Sequence record: HQ630627.1
From: Pseudomonas phage PhiPA3
DNA length: 64,000 nt
Direction: 5' to 3' (one strand)
Part shown: positions 1 to 9,472 of the stretch, piece after piece
Layout of the letters: each line of letters starts with the position of its first letter
Position numbering within the stretch: position 1 is the stretch's first letter
The notes under the pieces: generated by a model
What the model saw: only the letters and a program-made list of their open reading frames with translations
Database searches by the model: none
Told to the model about the DNA's origin: nothing
Position numbers and translations under genes: made by a program

Positions 1-49
1 CTGTTCTGCTCAAGCGCCTGAAGTAATCCGCAATATTGCATCTGGTATT

Positions 50-78
50 GCCCCACCTTCGGGTGGGGCTTCTTTTCG
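50..78 (+). terminator. GC hairpin (gccccacc-ttcg-ggtggggc) followed by TTCTTTTCG; intrinsic-terminator-like
   Basis: perfect 8-bp GC stem with cUUCGg tetraloop followed by T-rich tract, seen directly. Confidence 0.6.
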
Positions 79-90
79 TCTGGGGGTTAA

Positions 91-600
91 ATGAAACTGA
101 TCAAACAGGAAGACGGTACGTTTAAGGCGATCGTCGAATGGGAAGTATTGAGACAACACATGGTGGAATCCCTGCGGTCCGATCCGTTCATTCCAGATGA
201 ACTGAAAGACGCCATCGTGGAAAGGAATCGTCAGAAGAACTTGCTGACGATCTTCGAGAATTCCAGTTTGCGTAAACGAATTGATCTACAGTACATGCTC
301 GCGGAGTTCAATACACCTGATCTCCAGCACTATTACAAAGCATACGAGCGAGCAGCTCGTCTGATGTACACGGATATCAATCGTGGCTGTGCCGCGGTGA
401 CTGGTTATGAAATCATTAATAACAGTGCCCTGATGCTAGGTCCGCGTTTAGAGTTCAACCTGTCTGGGGCAGGCTTCATGGCTCGTGACATGTATCGTGT
501 TTACGACCTGGGTGTTGAACTTAACCTTGATTTCCGCTTCATCCTCAACCAAGACTTCGATCTCTTCGACATCTATGGCGTTGACATACGCTTGGGCTAA
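91..600 (+). CDS. hypothetical protein (169 aa)
   Basis: ORF with GGGGG RBS 8 nt upstream of the ATG; no recognisable motifs. Confidence 0.5.
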   Translation: MKLIKQEDGTFKAIVEWEVLRQHMVESLRSDPFIPDELKDAIVERNRQKNLLTIFENSSLRKRIDLQYMLAEFNTPDLQHYYKAYERAARLMYTDINRGCAAVTGYEIINNSALMLGPRLEFNLSGAGFMARDMYRVYDLGVELNLDFRFILNQDFDLFDIYGVDIRLG

Positions 601-614
601 CTAGGGTAATAACA

Positions 615-1025
615 ATGCTACAAACCGATTATGGAGTAAAAACGGAGTTTGTTACACTCGGTCGTTTACCCAAATGGATGCTTGATGCCGAGGGGATGGG
701 TAAGGTAACTGATCAAATTCAAGCGGGTAAACTGCTATGTGAATTCGGCCATCCTGATATCGCAGGTTTGGATGACCATTCGATTGTTAAACGTTGCCGT
801 GATATCAATTACAATCGCGTGTGTGCTCAGACCATCGGTATCACGCCGGTGTATGTGAATGCAACCTTGCAGGGATATAACGTCTCCGTACAGCCATGTG
901 GTCCCATGCACTCTCTTTTGGAGACGGGGAATTATCGTCTGGGTGTTCGTGGGTTAAAACGAGAAGACGGAGAACTCGTGGAATTGATTACGTTCGACGT
1001 TTTACCGGTAAAGAATCGTAATTAA
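615..1025 (+). CDS. hypothetical protein (136 aa)
   Basis: ORF 14 nt after the upstream stop; no motifs recognised. Confidence 0.5.
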   Translation: MLQTDYGVKTEFVTLGRLPKWMLDAEGMGKVTDQIQAGKLLCEFGHPDIAGLDDHSIVKRCRDINYNRVCAQTIGITPVYVNATLQGYNVSVQPCGPMHSLLETGNYRLGVRGLKREDGELVELITFDVLPVKNRN

Positions 1026-1032
1026 ACCGGTT

Positions 1033-1058
1033 TAAAGCCTACATTACAAATGAGATGT
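1033..1058 (+). promoter_or_regulatory. inverted repeat AGCCTACAT-N8-ATGTAGGCT overlapping a TACATTAC (TATATTAC-like) motif
   Basis: 9-bp perfect inverted repeat seen in sequence; a different type from the GC/UUCG hairpin family. Confidence 0.3.
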
Positions 1059-1094
1059 AGGCTAACCCAATCTAATGATCAAAAGGATATTCTA

Positions 1095-1766
1095 ATGCAA
1101 GCCATGATCAACGCTGTTCGTCGTATTCCGTTCTTCCGTTCGGTTGATAGCAATGCGATGGAACGTGAATTCTTTTCCACTATCCTCGATGACGATTATA
1201 GCGTCACTGTCATGGATAAGAAGGAGCCCATCATGAAAGAAGTATTCGCGATGGAAGATCTGCCTAGTGTAGGTGATCCCAGCCTCGTGTACAAGGTTAC
1301 CTCCACCTCGGACATGTTCCGTTGGGTTAACGGTCAATACGTCACCTACAACCCCTATCTGGATCCGAAGGAAATACATGATGAACGGGTCATGTTGATT
1401 GATCCATATGCTAACATGCCCTCGATCTCGGAAGACAAGCTCAAGGCCGGCGGCGACATGCGTTTGTCGATGATCTACAACGTGCAAGCTCTGCGTGAAG
1501 ATCTTCGCCGACTCAACGAACTGGGTGTAAACCTGGAAGTCTTGATTGATCGCAACCTGCGTCAATCTGGTTATGACACCCCGTCCACTTGGCTGATCCA
1601 GAACCATACCCTGCTCGTGCGCCAACTACGTTCCATCATGAAAGGCAAGAACAACTACGATAAGCATGTCGTAGAGGGACTGGCTTTGCAAGGCGTAGAT
1701 GTGTGGTATGACATCAAAACTCAACGTGTTGGTTTCCGTGATGGATTGTTTGTGGTAGCGGTATAA
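1095..1766 (+). CDS. hypothetical protein (ORF 1050..1766; ATG at 1095 preceded by an AAGGA RBS)
   Basis: ORF track plus RBS inspection. Confidence 0.5.
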   Translation: MQAMINAVRRIPFFRSVDSNAMEREFFSTILDDDYSVTVMDKKEPIMKEVFAMEDLPSVGDPSLVYKVTSTSDMFRWVNGQYVTYNPYLDPKEIHDERVMLIDPYANMPSISEDKLKAGGDMRLSMIYNVQALREDLRRLNELGVNLEVLIDRNLRQSGYDTPSTWLIQNHTLLVRQLRSIMKGKNNYDKHVVEGLALQGVDVWYDIKTQRVGFRDGLFVVAV

Positions 1767-1780
1767 GCCTAGTGATAATG

Positions 1781-1822
1781 ACGACATAGAGCCCCTCCGT
1801 AATGGAGGGGCCTTATGCCGTT
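1781..1822. terminator. bidirectional extended palindromic element (ACGACATAGA-gcccctcc-gtaat-ggaggggc-CTTATGCCGTT)
   Basis: GC stem-loop between convergent genes, flanked by CATA and TATGCCGT arms. Confidence 0.6.
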
Positions 1823-1830
1823 ATTTTTTT

Positions 1831-2262
1831 TTATGTTTCCGCAAACGTTAATGTAGCTGACGTTGTCGGTAGATATGCCATGGAGCGAGCTGATGGCTGT
1901 AGTGTTACAGTGTTCCCAGTGATCGGTACTTCAATATACTCATCAGGTTCCATTGGTATCCCAATGGTGTCACGCAATACACGAACAACGTCACGGTTCG
2001 TTGCGTATTGTCCACGCTTTCCCGGAATCTTAACCCCACGAAGGTCTTGCTCAATCGGACGACGATTAAAGTTGATAACTTGCGAACCAGTAAAATTCAA
2101 ACTGGTTGAAGTAGCTCGAATCGTTACCCGTGAATTACACTGCCCCTGTAACCAGATTTCAATATTATCCCACGTCACATCACTTAACGTGATGGGCGGG
2201 TTGATCCTGTTAGCTGCATTGAATTCATTGAGCAAAGCTTGACGAACATTCTTAACATGCAT
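1831..2262 (-). CDS. hypothetical protein (ATG at 2262 with GAGGTGG RBS; ORF track starts at 2313)
   Basis: ORF plus RBS; begins 8 nt after the upstream stop. Confidence 0.45.
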   Translation of the reverse strand: MHVKNVRQALLNEFNAANRINPPITLSDVTWDNIEIWLQGQCNSRVTIRATSTSLNFTGSQVINFNRRPIEQDLRGVKIPGKRGQYATNRDVVRVLRDTIGIPMEPDEYIEVPITGNTVTLQPSARSMAYLPTTSATLTFAET

Positions 2263-2270
2263 AGCCCACC

Positions 2271-3146
2271 TCAGTCGTAATGTATCAACAATTGCCCCAC
2301 CACATCCAAACACTTGGTAGAACTAAGCTCTATAACGAGCACCATGCGTTTATCTTTGCGTGGGGTATACCGAGGTAGGGGGATGCCATGATAAACCACC
2401 TTGAAGCGTTGCTGGCCGTTTAAAACGTCATAGCACACATTGTGCGATACGGCTGATTCAGAAGTGGTCCATGGTTGTCCTGTGACTTTCTTCAAGATCG
2501 CTGCAAAGCGTTTGGTATCAGGGAAGAAATCCCCAACCTTAATGTTCTTCAAGTATTCACGATGAGGCGTGAAGTCATACCCGGTTACATAGTACGTACC
2601 AGAGATCTTAGTGCCATCGTTCCCTACTGGGAAACGGTTGGCGGTAGGAAACTCTAGTTGAGTAGAAAATGTACCTAGGTCTTTCTTCAGCGTATTCGAC
2701 AAACGAATTTTGAGAGAACCCACCCAACGTAGTGATTTAGGGTTTGCTTGAATAATGTATTCCTGCCCATATCGGTCCATCTCGAAATGCACAAGGTCAC
2801 TCACGTCGAAGACGATATCGTTCAGTTTTGCAATATCTGCCGCAAACTCTACAGTGGTGTAAGGTAGACGCTTTCCAGCGATGGTTTGTGTCCCAGACTG
2901 CCTAAAGAACGTAGCCAGATCTAAACGATCGTAGGTGTATTCAGTCAGTTCAACTTCCGGTAACATATTACCAGGACTGGTGCTACGATGGACACCAATC
3001 TTGATACGAGTCTTGGTACCGCCTAACGATTCGAACTCTTCCAACGTCGTGCTACCCGGAAACAACTGGGTTAAGCACGCCTCGTTGATCATGTCGATAA
3101 TGGCCGTCCAAGGAGAAGATTTAAGATAGTCCCTGGTGATGTACAT
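2271..3146 (-). CDS. hypothetical protein (291 aa), possibly virion-associated
   Basis: long ORF; start overlaps the upstream stop (TAACACATG), suggesting translational coupling. Confidence 0.5.
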   Translation of the reverse strand: MYITRDYLKSSPWTAIIDMINEACLTQLFPGSTTLEEFESLGGTKTRIKIGVHRSTSPGNMLPEVELTEYTYDRLDLATFFRQSGTQTIAGKRLPYTTVEFAADIAKLNDIVFDVSDLVHFEMDRYGQEYIIQANPKSLRWVGSLKIRLSNTLKKDLGTFSTQLEFPTANRFPVGNDGTKISGTYYVTGYDFTPHREYLKNIKVGDFFPDTKRFAAILKKVTGQPWTTSESAVSHNVCYDVLNGQQRFKVVYHGIPLPRYTPRKDKRMVLVIELSSTKCLDVVGQLLIHYD

Positions 3147-3149
3147 GTG

Positions 3150-5321
3150 TTACCCCGGTAATTTCGGCCAATTAGCATCGGTTGAGTTCTTATAATCGGG
3201 TAAATCACCCGTCTCGTTGGGATTATTCACCGGCTCAATCACTACGCTCCGTACTCCGATATCGCAACCACGGATATAATAGAGTGTGTCCTTAAAGCTG
3301 GTTTCTCGTACCTCAACGAATGGGTTAATTCGCCAACGATCTTCTTGGTCGTAACGATATCGAATATTAGGCGACAAAGCATCGTCGTAGATCCTCCACC
3401 GTTTACTCGATTCCGTGCGATAGGACCTCACATTGATGTTAGCTACAGGCGTAATCAGGTTACCATCCATTAGTGAGGTGATATCCCCTACTCGCGGCAC
3501 CACCATACCCAATACATGGAAATCGGTGAATGCTACGTTTCGCAGATACTGCAACGGGTAACTTGTCAATCTCCCCATCAATGCCAGCAACTCACGTTGA
3601 ATCTGACCTAGAGTAATCACTTCATGTAGGTTAGAACCCGTAGCAATATTGATCGTATCCTGACACAGTTGTTCCAGTTCCGATGTATCTAGATCCAGAA
3701 TGTCAAAAGCCGCTGCTCTGAAATAGGCTTCAAAAGTCATACCTATTTCGGGTACCAGGTCACACTTACGATTCATGTAGTGGTACTTAGTGAGTTGTTC
3801 ACAGTAAGCTCGACTACGTTGATGCTCTTGGAACGAATACATTTCCCATTGGCGCAGGTACTCTTGATGCAGTTTAGCGCAATCTAGATAGAACTGCTCG
3901 GTGGAGATATATTGCTTGAGTGGTGTATGCATGTCCTGAATCGCTTGAATCAGCTTGTCTGAGATCAGGCGTTTAGGTACTGCATTTCTCAACTCAGTAA
4001 AGGTTGGGAAACGATCACGTAGAACATCATAGGCGATCAAACGCGGAATGGTGGGCATGGGGATATCCCGTGCCTTGCAATACGTATAGACCGTTACAAT
4101 CAACGCTGCTCGAACAGACACTGTCATGTACTCACCCGTACGCGGGTTAGGTACCTGAATATAAGCCCGATAACGATCGCTAGTGGCTAGGTGTAACCAT
4201 TCGTTAAGTAATACGGACATTAAAGTCCTTACGTTGGAATTCGAACGGTCAATAACCTCAGAGTCAAAGACTTTGGTTTCCAGAATTGAATACTGGTCGC
4301 TACCCATCTGTTCGACAATTTCTTGCTCGGCATCAAATCGTACAATCGGGTTATCGCGTGCAAGATCATCTTCACGTTCCAGTAGATCAGCAACGGTGAC
4401 TTTCTCTTGACCAGGTTGGACAATCGGGAAGTTCACATCATGCTTCACCATATCTACAGCTGGACGAAGATCTTCTAACATGTCTTCGTTGTTCTGTTCG
4501 ATAGTGTACGAGATTAACGGAATACCCCGTGGCGTGAGAATATTGTCAACCAGACGTTGCCATGTATCTTGTTTGCCGGCGTTACGTTGTATGTAAGCAA
4601 TGTTCCGATATAACCACAATTTCTGACGAATATCCAAATAAGGCATGAACTCGTCAAGTCTACCATGGGAAGCCAGGTACTCGGTGATATGGTAGCTATG
4701 GGCTTTATTAGTCTTTGCGTTACGCAGTCGGATATTCATAATTGCCAGTGGTAATTGGCAATACATATTACCCAAAAACGTAGCCAGGTAAAGATCATCA
4801 GTTAAATTAAACTGACTATTGTACCAACGGTTGATGAAGGTAGTAACCCACTCCTGTAAAAGGAAAGCAAAATTGTCTTCTTGGTCTTCAACATAATCAG
4901 GATCATAGTACAAAATAGTACCATTATTTGAATTGATCGCCGTATTAATGTCGATGGGATAGAGGATTCCGTTGATCAATGGCGTCTGGTCAGGGTACTG
5001 AAGAGCCAGTGCGTTGTAAAGCTGTGAACCAGGATAATATTCCCGTGCAGTAGCACGGTGGAGCGCTAGATTTTCTTTTGTAAAATCTATCAACTCCAGG
5101 GTGTCAGCTGAACGTACTGTCATCATGACATCAGTGGAATGGTATTCCCCCGACATGTTCAGATAGTACTTCCAGGTTTCCGGATGCTCAGGATCGGATT
5201 CAACACCGATCTCTAAGAGTCGATCATTGATCTGCGTGGCGACATCGTCAAACTTAATGACGATAGATCTCGCCAATCTCATGACATCATCACGGTAAAC
5301 ACCAAAATACATGCTACTCAT
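3150..5321 (-). CDS. hypothetical large protein (723 aa)
   Basis: long ORF with no Walker or other catalytic motif recognised; in an operon with 2271..3146. Confidence 0.55.
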   Translation of the reverse strand: MSSMYFGVYRDDVMRLARSIVIKFDDVATQINDRLLEIGVESDPEHPETWKYYLNMSGEYHSTDVMMTVRSADTLELIDFTKENLALHRATAREYYPGSQLYNALALQYPDQTPLINGILYPIDINTAINSNNGTILYYDPDYVEDQEDNFAFLLQEWVTTFINRWYNSQFNLTDDLYLATFLGNMYCQLPLAIMNIRLRNAKTNKAHSYHITEYLASHGRLDEFMPYLDIRQKLWLYRNIAYIQRNAGKQDTWQRLVDNILTPRGIPLISYTIEQNNEDMLEDLRPAVDMVKHDVNFPIVQPGQEKVTVADLLEREDDLARDNPIVRFDAEQEIVEQMGSDQYSILETKVFDSEVIDRSNSNVRTLMSVLLNEWLHLATSDRYRAYIQVPNPRTGEYMTVSVRAALIVTVYTYCKARDIPMPTIPRLIAYDVLRDRFPTFTELRNAVPKRLISDKLIQAIQDMHTPLKQYISTEQFYLDCAKLHQEYLRQWEMYSFQEHQRSRAYCEQLTKYHYMNRKCDLVPEIGMTFEAYFRAAAFDILDLDTSELEQLCQDTINIATGSNLHEVITLGQIQRELLALMGRLTSYPLQYLRNVAFTDFHVLGMVVPRVGDITSLMDGNLITPVANINVRSYRTESSKRWRIYDDALSPNIRYRYDQEDRWRINPFVEVRETSFKDTLYYIRGCDIGVRSVVIEPVNNPNETGDLPDYKNSTDANWPKLPG

Positions 5322-5356
5322 GGTAATTTACTCACTTGTTAAATTAGGGGCTTCAA

Positions 5357-8059
5357 ATGGCTCAACGTCAAGTTAATGAGGTGGCGTATCCGAAGCTACA
5401 GGCGATCCGCTTGGGATCAACTGCAACGCCGACGAACGCACTCCTCAACCTTCTGCGTAAGGATCCAAACGCATTGGGTACGGAAGCCGCGAAACCTCGG
5501 GTTAACGTAAATCGTTTCACCCTGGACAAGGTTTCGCGCGACACCTCACAAGAGATCATCGATAGCGACTCTATTATGCAGTTGCTCCCTGACCTTGAGT
5601 TGGTGGAGACTGTATATGTAGGTTCGATTATCGACCCGAAGGCATTGTCAGATACTGATTTGACCTTCTCTGTCGATCAGGCTATTTTCGACAGTGAACT
5701 CTCCAAACACCTGCTTGAGCCTGTTGAGAAGTATTTTAAACGAGACTATAAGATTGACGAGCGCTTGGACCTGATCCTACGCGATTGTTTGTTCCGTAAA
5801 GGCGCTTCGATCCTAGCCGTTCTTCCCGAGAACGTACTAGATAATCTTATTAATGGTCGTCGTCAGGTTTCTATGGAGACCTTCGAACAGATCCGTAATC
5901 GCGTAGAGAATACTACTACTGATAACCTCGGGTTTTTGGGGCATCCCACTGATCAAACTATCTCGTTGGAGGGTTACGCTAATAACGCTACCACCAACCG
6001 GATACGCGGTGACAAACATCTTACCGTCACCGATAACTTCAACGTTTTGAAAGTCCCTGGGATGTCCCGCCGTGTACGCGAGATGTCAATCGCGAAGAAA
6101 CTTCGCGGTAACCAGGTTTCTTTGGAAGCTGAGGTACATAACTTCGGCAACGATGAAATCGAGAAGCTGTATCAGAGTCGCTTAGGGGGTACGGAACATA
6201 CACAAGTTGTAACGTCTCCTCGTTACATGGACCGTCCTTCGGTTGGCCATCCGCTGATCCTACCGTTACCAATGGAATCGGTCGTACCGGTGTTTGTTCA
6301 AGGTCGTCCTCATGAACATATTGGTTATTTCCTGTTGGTGGACCAACATGGTTATCCTATTTCGAAAGATTCGACCCGCGACTTCTATGGTGAACTGCAA
6401 GCTGGTTGGAAAGGTGGTAAGAACTCAGATAACAACTCCGAAGTTCTGCGACTGACCCGCGAAGCATTGGGTAACAATACTAAGCGACAAGATTTTGAAA
6501 TTGATGAGATCCAACAAACGTACAACGCTATTATCGTGAACGATCTGAACAACCGTCTGCGTAATGGCATGTACGACCAAGAACTGGAAATTGGGATCAC
6601 TGAAGAAATTCAGCGGATCATGCTCTATCGTTCTTGGAAAGCTAAGAATACTCAACTGGTATTCATTCCAGCAGAACTACTCACCTACATTGCTTTTGAC
6701 TATAATGTCAATGGTATCGGTGAGACGTTGCTGTCTCGGTCAAAAATGATCGCCACTATGCGTTCGACTCTGCTCATGGCCGAGACCATCGGCGGGATGC
6801 GTAACGCGGTAGGTCGTAAACGAGTGAATATCACACTCGATCCAGATGACGTTGATCCGGAACAAACGATCTCAAATATTCAATCCAACATCATGGAATC
6901 TGCACATCGTAGTTTCCCGTTGGCCGCTCCAGACCCTACTCAGGCAATGGACCACCTAATCCGTTCTGGCTTTGATTTTGCCATCAATACCAATGGTGCT
7001 GATTATGCAGAGACCAAAGTTGAATACGATGATTACAACACATCGGTAAACGCAGGTAATCCAGACCTGCAAGACCGTCTGCGTCGTATGCATATTTCGG
7101 GTATGGGTGTACCACCTGAGAAAGTGGATCCGATGTCTTCACCGGACTTCGCAACATCGGTGGTACAAAACGACCTCGTAATGTCCCGTCGTGTACGCGA
7201 TAAACAGAAGACATTCTGTCAACATCTGTCTAAGTTCATCCGTTCGTTCGTTACTCACAGTTCCATCATCCGTGAAGAATTGAACAAGATTGTAACAGAC
7301 AATGCTAAGATGTTGATTTCCCCAGAATTCAAACACATGACCGTACAGGAAGTGGTGGATGAATTCATCCTGTCGATCGAAGTTTCCCTACCGACTCCTG
7401 ACAACACGCAACATGAGCGTCAGTCTGAAGCATTGGAGAACTATGATCGCCTGCTGACTACTGCATTGGAATCGTATATCACTCCGGAACTATTCCCGGA
7501 TGAACTGACTCAGATTCCTGGATTGACAGACCAAGTCATGAATCATGTGAAAGCAATGTTCAAACGCCAGTTCATGGCACAGAACAATATTCTGCCGGAA
7601 CTGAATATCTTGACTGAGATGGACGGTGATAAACCGGCATTTAGTCTGTTGGACTTCGCAGCACTGCAACAAGGTACAATGGCGAAAGCCTTCTTGGCCT
7701 TTGCCAAGCATACACAGGAATCCAAACTCCATCTGGAGAAACTCTATAAGAACGTTATCGAAGGTAACGACGAGAACGGAATTACTCCTGGTGGCGGTGG
7801 TGATTTTGGGGGTGGCAATGACTTCGGTGGTGGAGACGAGTTCTCTAACATCGATGAAGGTGGTGGTGATATGGACCTGGGTGTCGATGGTGGCACTGGG
7901 GACGGCAGCGAGCAATCCGATGATTTCGGTGCTCCTGAATCGGATGTACTTGATGAGGGTACAGAAACCGATGAAGACAAACCACAAACCGATGGACTCG
8001 AAGACCCAATGGCTGAGGCGGAAGCTGAAGAAAACGGGAAAGACGAGGACAAGTTGTAA
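5357..8059 (+). CDS. hypothetical large virion-type protein (900 aa) with Gly-rich acidic C-terminal tail (GGGGDFGGGNDFGGGDEF...)
   Basis: long ORF with a low-complexity acidic tail; a portal or inner-body-like role is speculative. Confidence 0.55.
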   Translation: MAQRQVNEVAYPKLQAIRLGSTATPTNALLNLLRKDPNALGTEAAKPRVNVNRFTLDKVSRDTSQEIIDSDSIMQLLPDLELVETVYVGSIIDPKALSDTDLTFSVDQAIFDSELSKHLLEPVEKYFKRDYKIDERLDLILRDCLFRKGASILAVLPENVLDNLINGRRQVSMETFEQIRNRVENTTTDNLGFLGHPTDQTISLEGYANNATTNRIRGDKHLTVTDNFNVLKVPGMSRRVREMSIAKKLRGNQVSLEAEVHNFGNDEIEKLYQSRLGGTEHTQVVTSPRYMDRPSVGHPLILPLPMESVVPVFVQGRPHEHIGYFLLVDQHGYPISKDSTRDFYGELQAGWKGGKNSDNNSEVLRLTREALGNNTKRQDFEIDEIQQTYNAIIVNDLNNRLRNGMYDQELEIGITEEIQRIMLYRSWKAKNTQLVFIPAELLTYIAFDYNVNGIGETLLSRSKMIATMRSTLLMAETIGGMRNAVGRKRVNITLDPDDVDPEQTISNIQSNIMESAHRSFPLAAPDPTQAMDHLIRSGFDFAINTNGADYAETKVEYDDYNTSVNAGNPDLQDRLRRMHISGMGVPPEKVDPMSSPDFATSVVQNDLVMSRRVRDKQKTFCQHLSKFIRSFVTHSSIIREELNKIVTDNAKMLISPEFKHMTVQEVVDEFILSIEVSLPTPDNTQHERQSEALENYDRLLTTALESYITPELFPDELTQIPGLTDQVMNHVKAMFKRQFMAQNNILPELNILTEMDGDKPAFSLLDFAALQQGTMAKAFLAFAKHTQESKLHLEKLYKNVIEGNDENGITPGGGGDFGGGNDFGGGDEFSNIDEGGGDMDLGVDGGTGDGSEQSDDFGAPESDVLDEGTETDEDKPQTDGLEDPMAEAEAEENGKDEDKL

Positions 8060-8098
8060 CGACATAAAAGCCCCACCTTCGGGTGGGGCTTTATGCTC
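8059..8098. terminator. bidirectional extended palindromic element (AACGACATAAAA-gccccacc-ttcg-ggtggggc-TTTATGCTC)
   Basis: convergent gene ends, GC stem, UUCG loop. Confidence 0.65.
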
Positions 8099-8100
8099 TC

Positions 8101-9405
8101 TTAACCTTCTACACCCATCACACGGAAAAATGCAGTCTCATCTCTAAAGGGATGAGCCGGATAACGACCACCATTAATGATTCCTTGCTGTGTCCAGTTC
8201 ATGTGTTCGGCATCGTAATCGTGACGAACATTACGGGTGGCACAGTACACGTACATGGGTTCTTTATCAGGTACCAAATACGTTTCATGGGGTTCATGAA
8301 TTGTGTGATAATCAAGCATCCGACCGTACGCGCCAACCATCGGTAGACGGTTGTATGTCTCGTCGATAAACCGACCCGGTAGATTCAGATATTCGACAGG
8401 CTCATATCCATGGAAGAAAGTCGGGCTATCCACAATAACAAAGAACGTCTGCGATAAAGTAAGGTATGCTCGAATAACGGCATCATTTTTGAGTTCGTTA
8501 ACTACAAACTCCGTAGGATCATTAGCATTGATGGTTAACCCTAAACTAGATAGATCCATACAGCGAGCCGATTCAATATAACGGTCTAGGAACATCATTT
8601 TACCGAAGCTGATTCGCCATGTCCGTTCTGCTACACGGGTATACACGTTAGACAAAACGTTTAAATAACCGCCTGTTACCAACAATACTGTTTTATTAGT
8701 CAGATCGACACCAGCTGGCATTGTCAGATATGCACCATCCCACAGTGGAGCAGTTTCACCTTGTGAGGTGATCATTTCATCAGTCACGGGGATGTATGTC
8801 AGCTTACCAATGGTCTCAAACGAATAGATTCCAATTTGGTTATCGTTCGAACGGCGCAGTGTAGTATTACCGTCAATGACTCGAACTCCAGCATCAGTCC
8901 AATCTGTCAGATGGAACATGCCGTTAACCGTCACCATGCTGTAATCACGTATCTTTTGTGGAGCATGCTTGGGATGGGTCAGCAGTAGATCTTGCTTCTC
9001 GAATTTAGAAATCTGTTGATCAACATGCCCATTGGTGGCGACCGGTTGAACATTATAGCCGCAGTGCCATGCTTGAGCATATTTCACTAATCGAACATCC
9101 TCGTTCGGTAGAGTAGCATCAAATGGCAGAGTTCGATTACCAAGGCTGGTCAACCATTGCTGAACAGTGACTGTCGTATCAACCTCGTTTAACCAGTTGA
9201 TGACATTATCCCAATGCAGTGCCTTTTGTACCGCACCACCAGTACCAGGATACTCGATATAAAGGTAGACATCACCGTATTTAGCGGAGAGAGTAGTCAC
9301 TAGCTCGTTGGCAAGATTCGCCTCAATCCAGCGTCCGGCGCGGCGATCAAGCCGATACCTTGCACGTACTAAAGTGTACATTTTGCCTCCGGATGAAAAG
9401 ATCAA
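8101..9405 (-). CDS. hypothetical protein (434 aa), lone reverse-strand gene between plus-strand modules
   Basis: long ORF with no motif recognised. Confidence 0.55.
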   Translation of the reverse strand: MIFSSGGKMYTLVRARYRLDRRAGRWIEANLANELVTTLSAKYGDVYLYIEYPGTGGAVQKALHWDNVINWLNEVDTTVTVQQWLTSLGNRTLPFDATLPNEDVRLVKYAQAWHCGYNVQPVATNGHVDQQISKFEKQDLLLTHPKHAPQKIRDYSMVTVNGMFHLTDWTDAGVRVIDGNTTLRRSNDNQIGIYSFETIGKLTYIPVTDEMITSQGETAPLWDGAYLTMPAGVDLTNKTVLLVTGGYLNVLSNVYTRVAERTWRISFGKMMFLDRYIESARCMDLSSLGLTINANDPTEFVVNELKNDAVIRAYLTLSQTFFVIVDSPTFFHGYEPVEYLNLPGRFIDETYNRLPMVGAYGRMLDYHTIHEPHETYLVPDKEPMYVYCATRNVRHDYDAEHMNWTQQGIINGGRYPAHPFRDETAFFRVMGVEG

Positions 9406-9472
9406 ACAATCTTATGTGAATTTCACATCATTACGCTAACAACCGCGCACTAGCGCTTCAAAGGAGGGCGCG

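Noticed and set aside
1092-1625. 177-aa minus-strand ORF inside 1095..1766
   Set aside because: It is antisense to a better-supported ORF and has no RBS.
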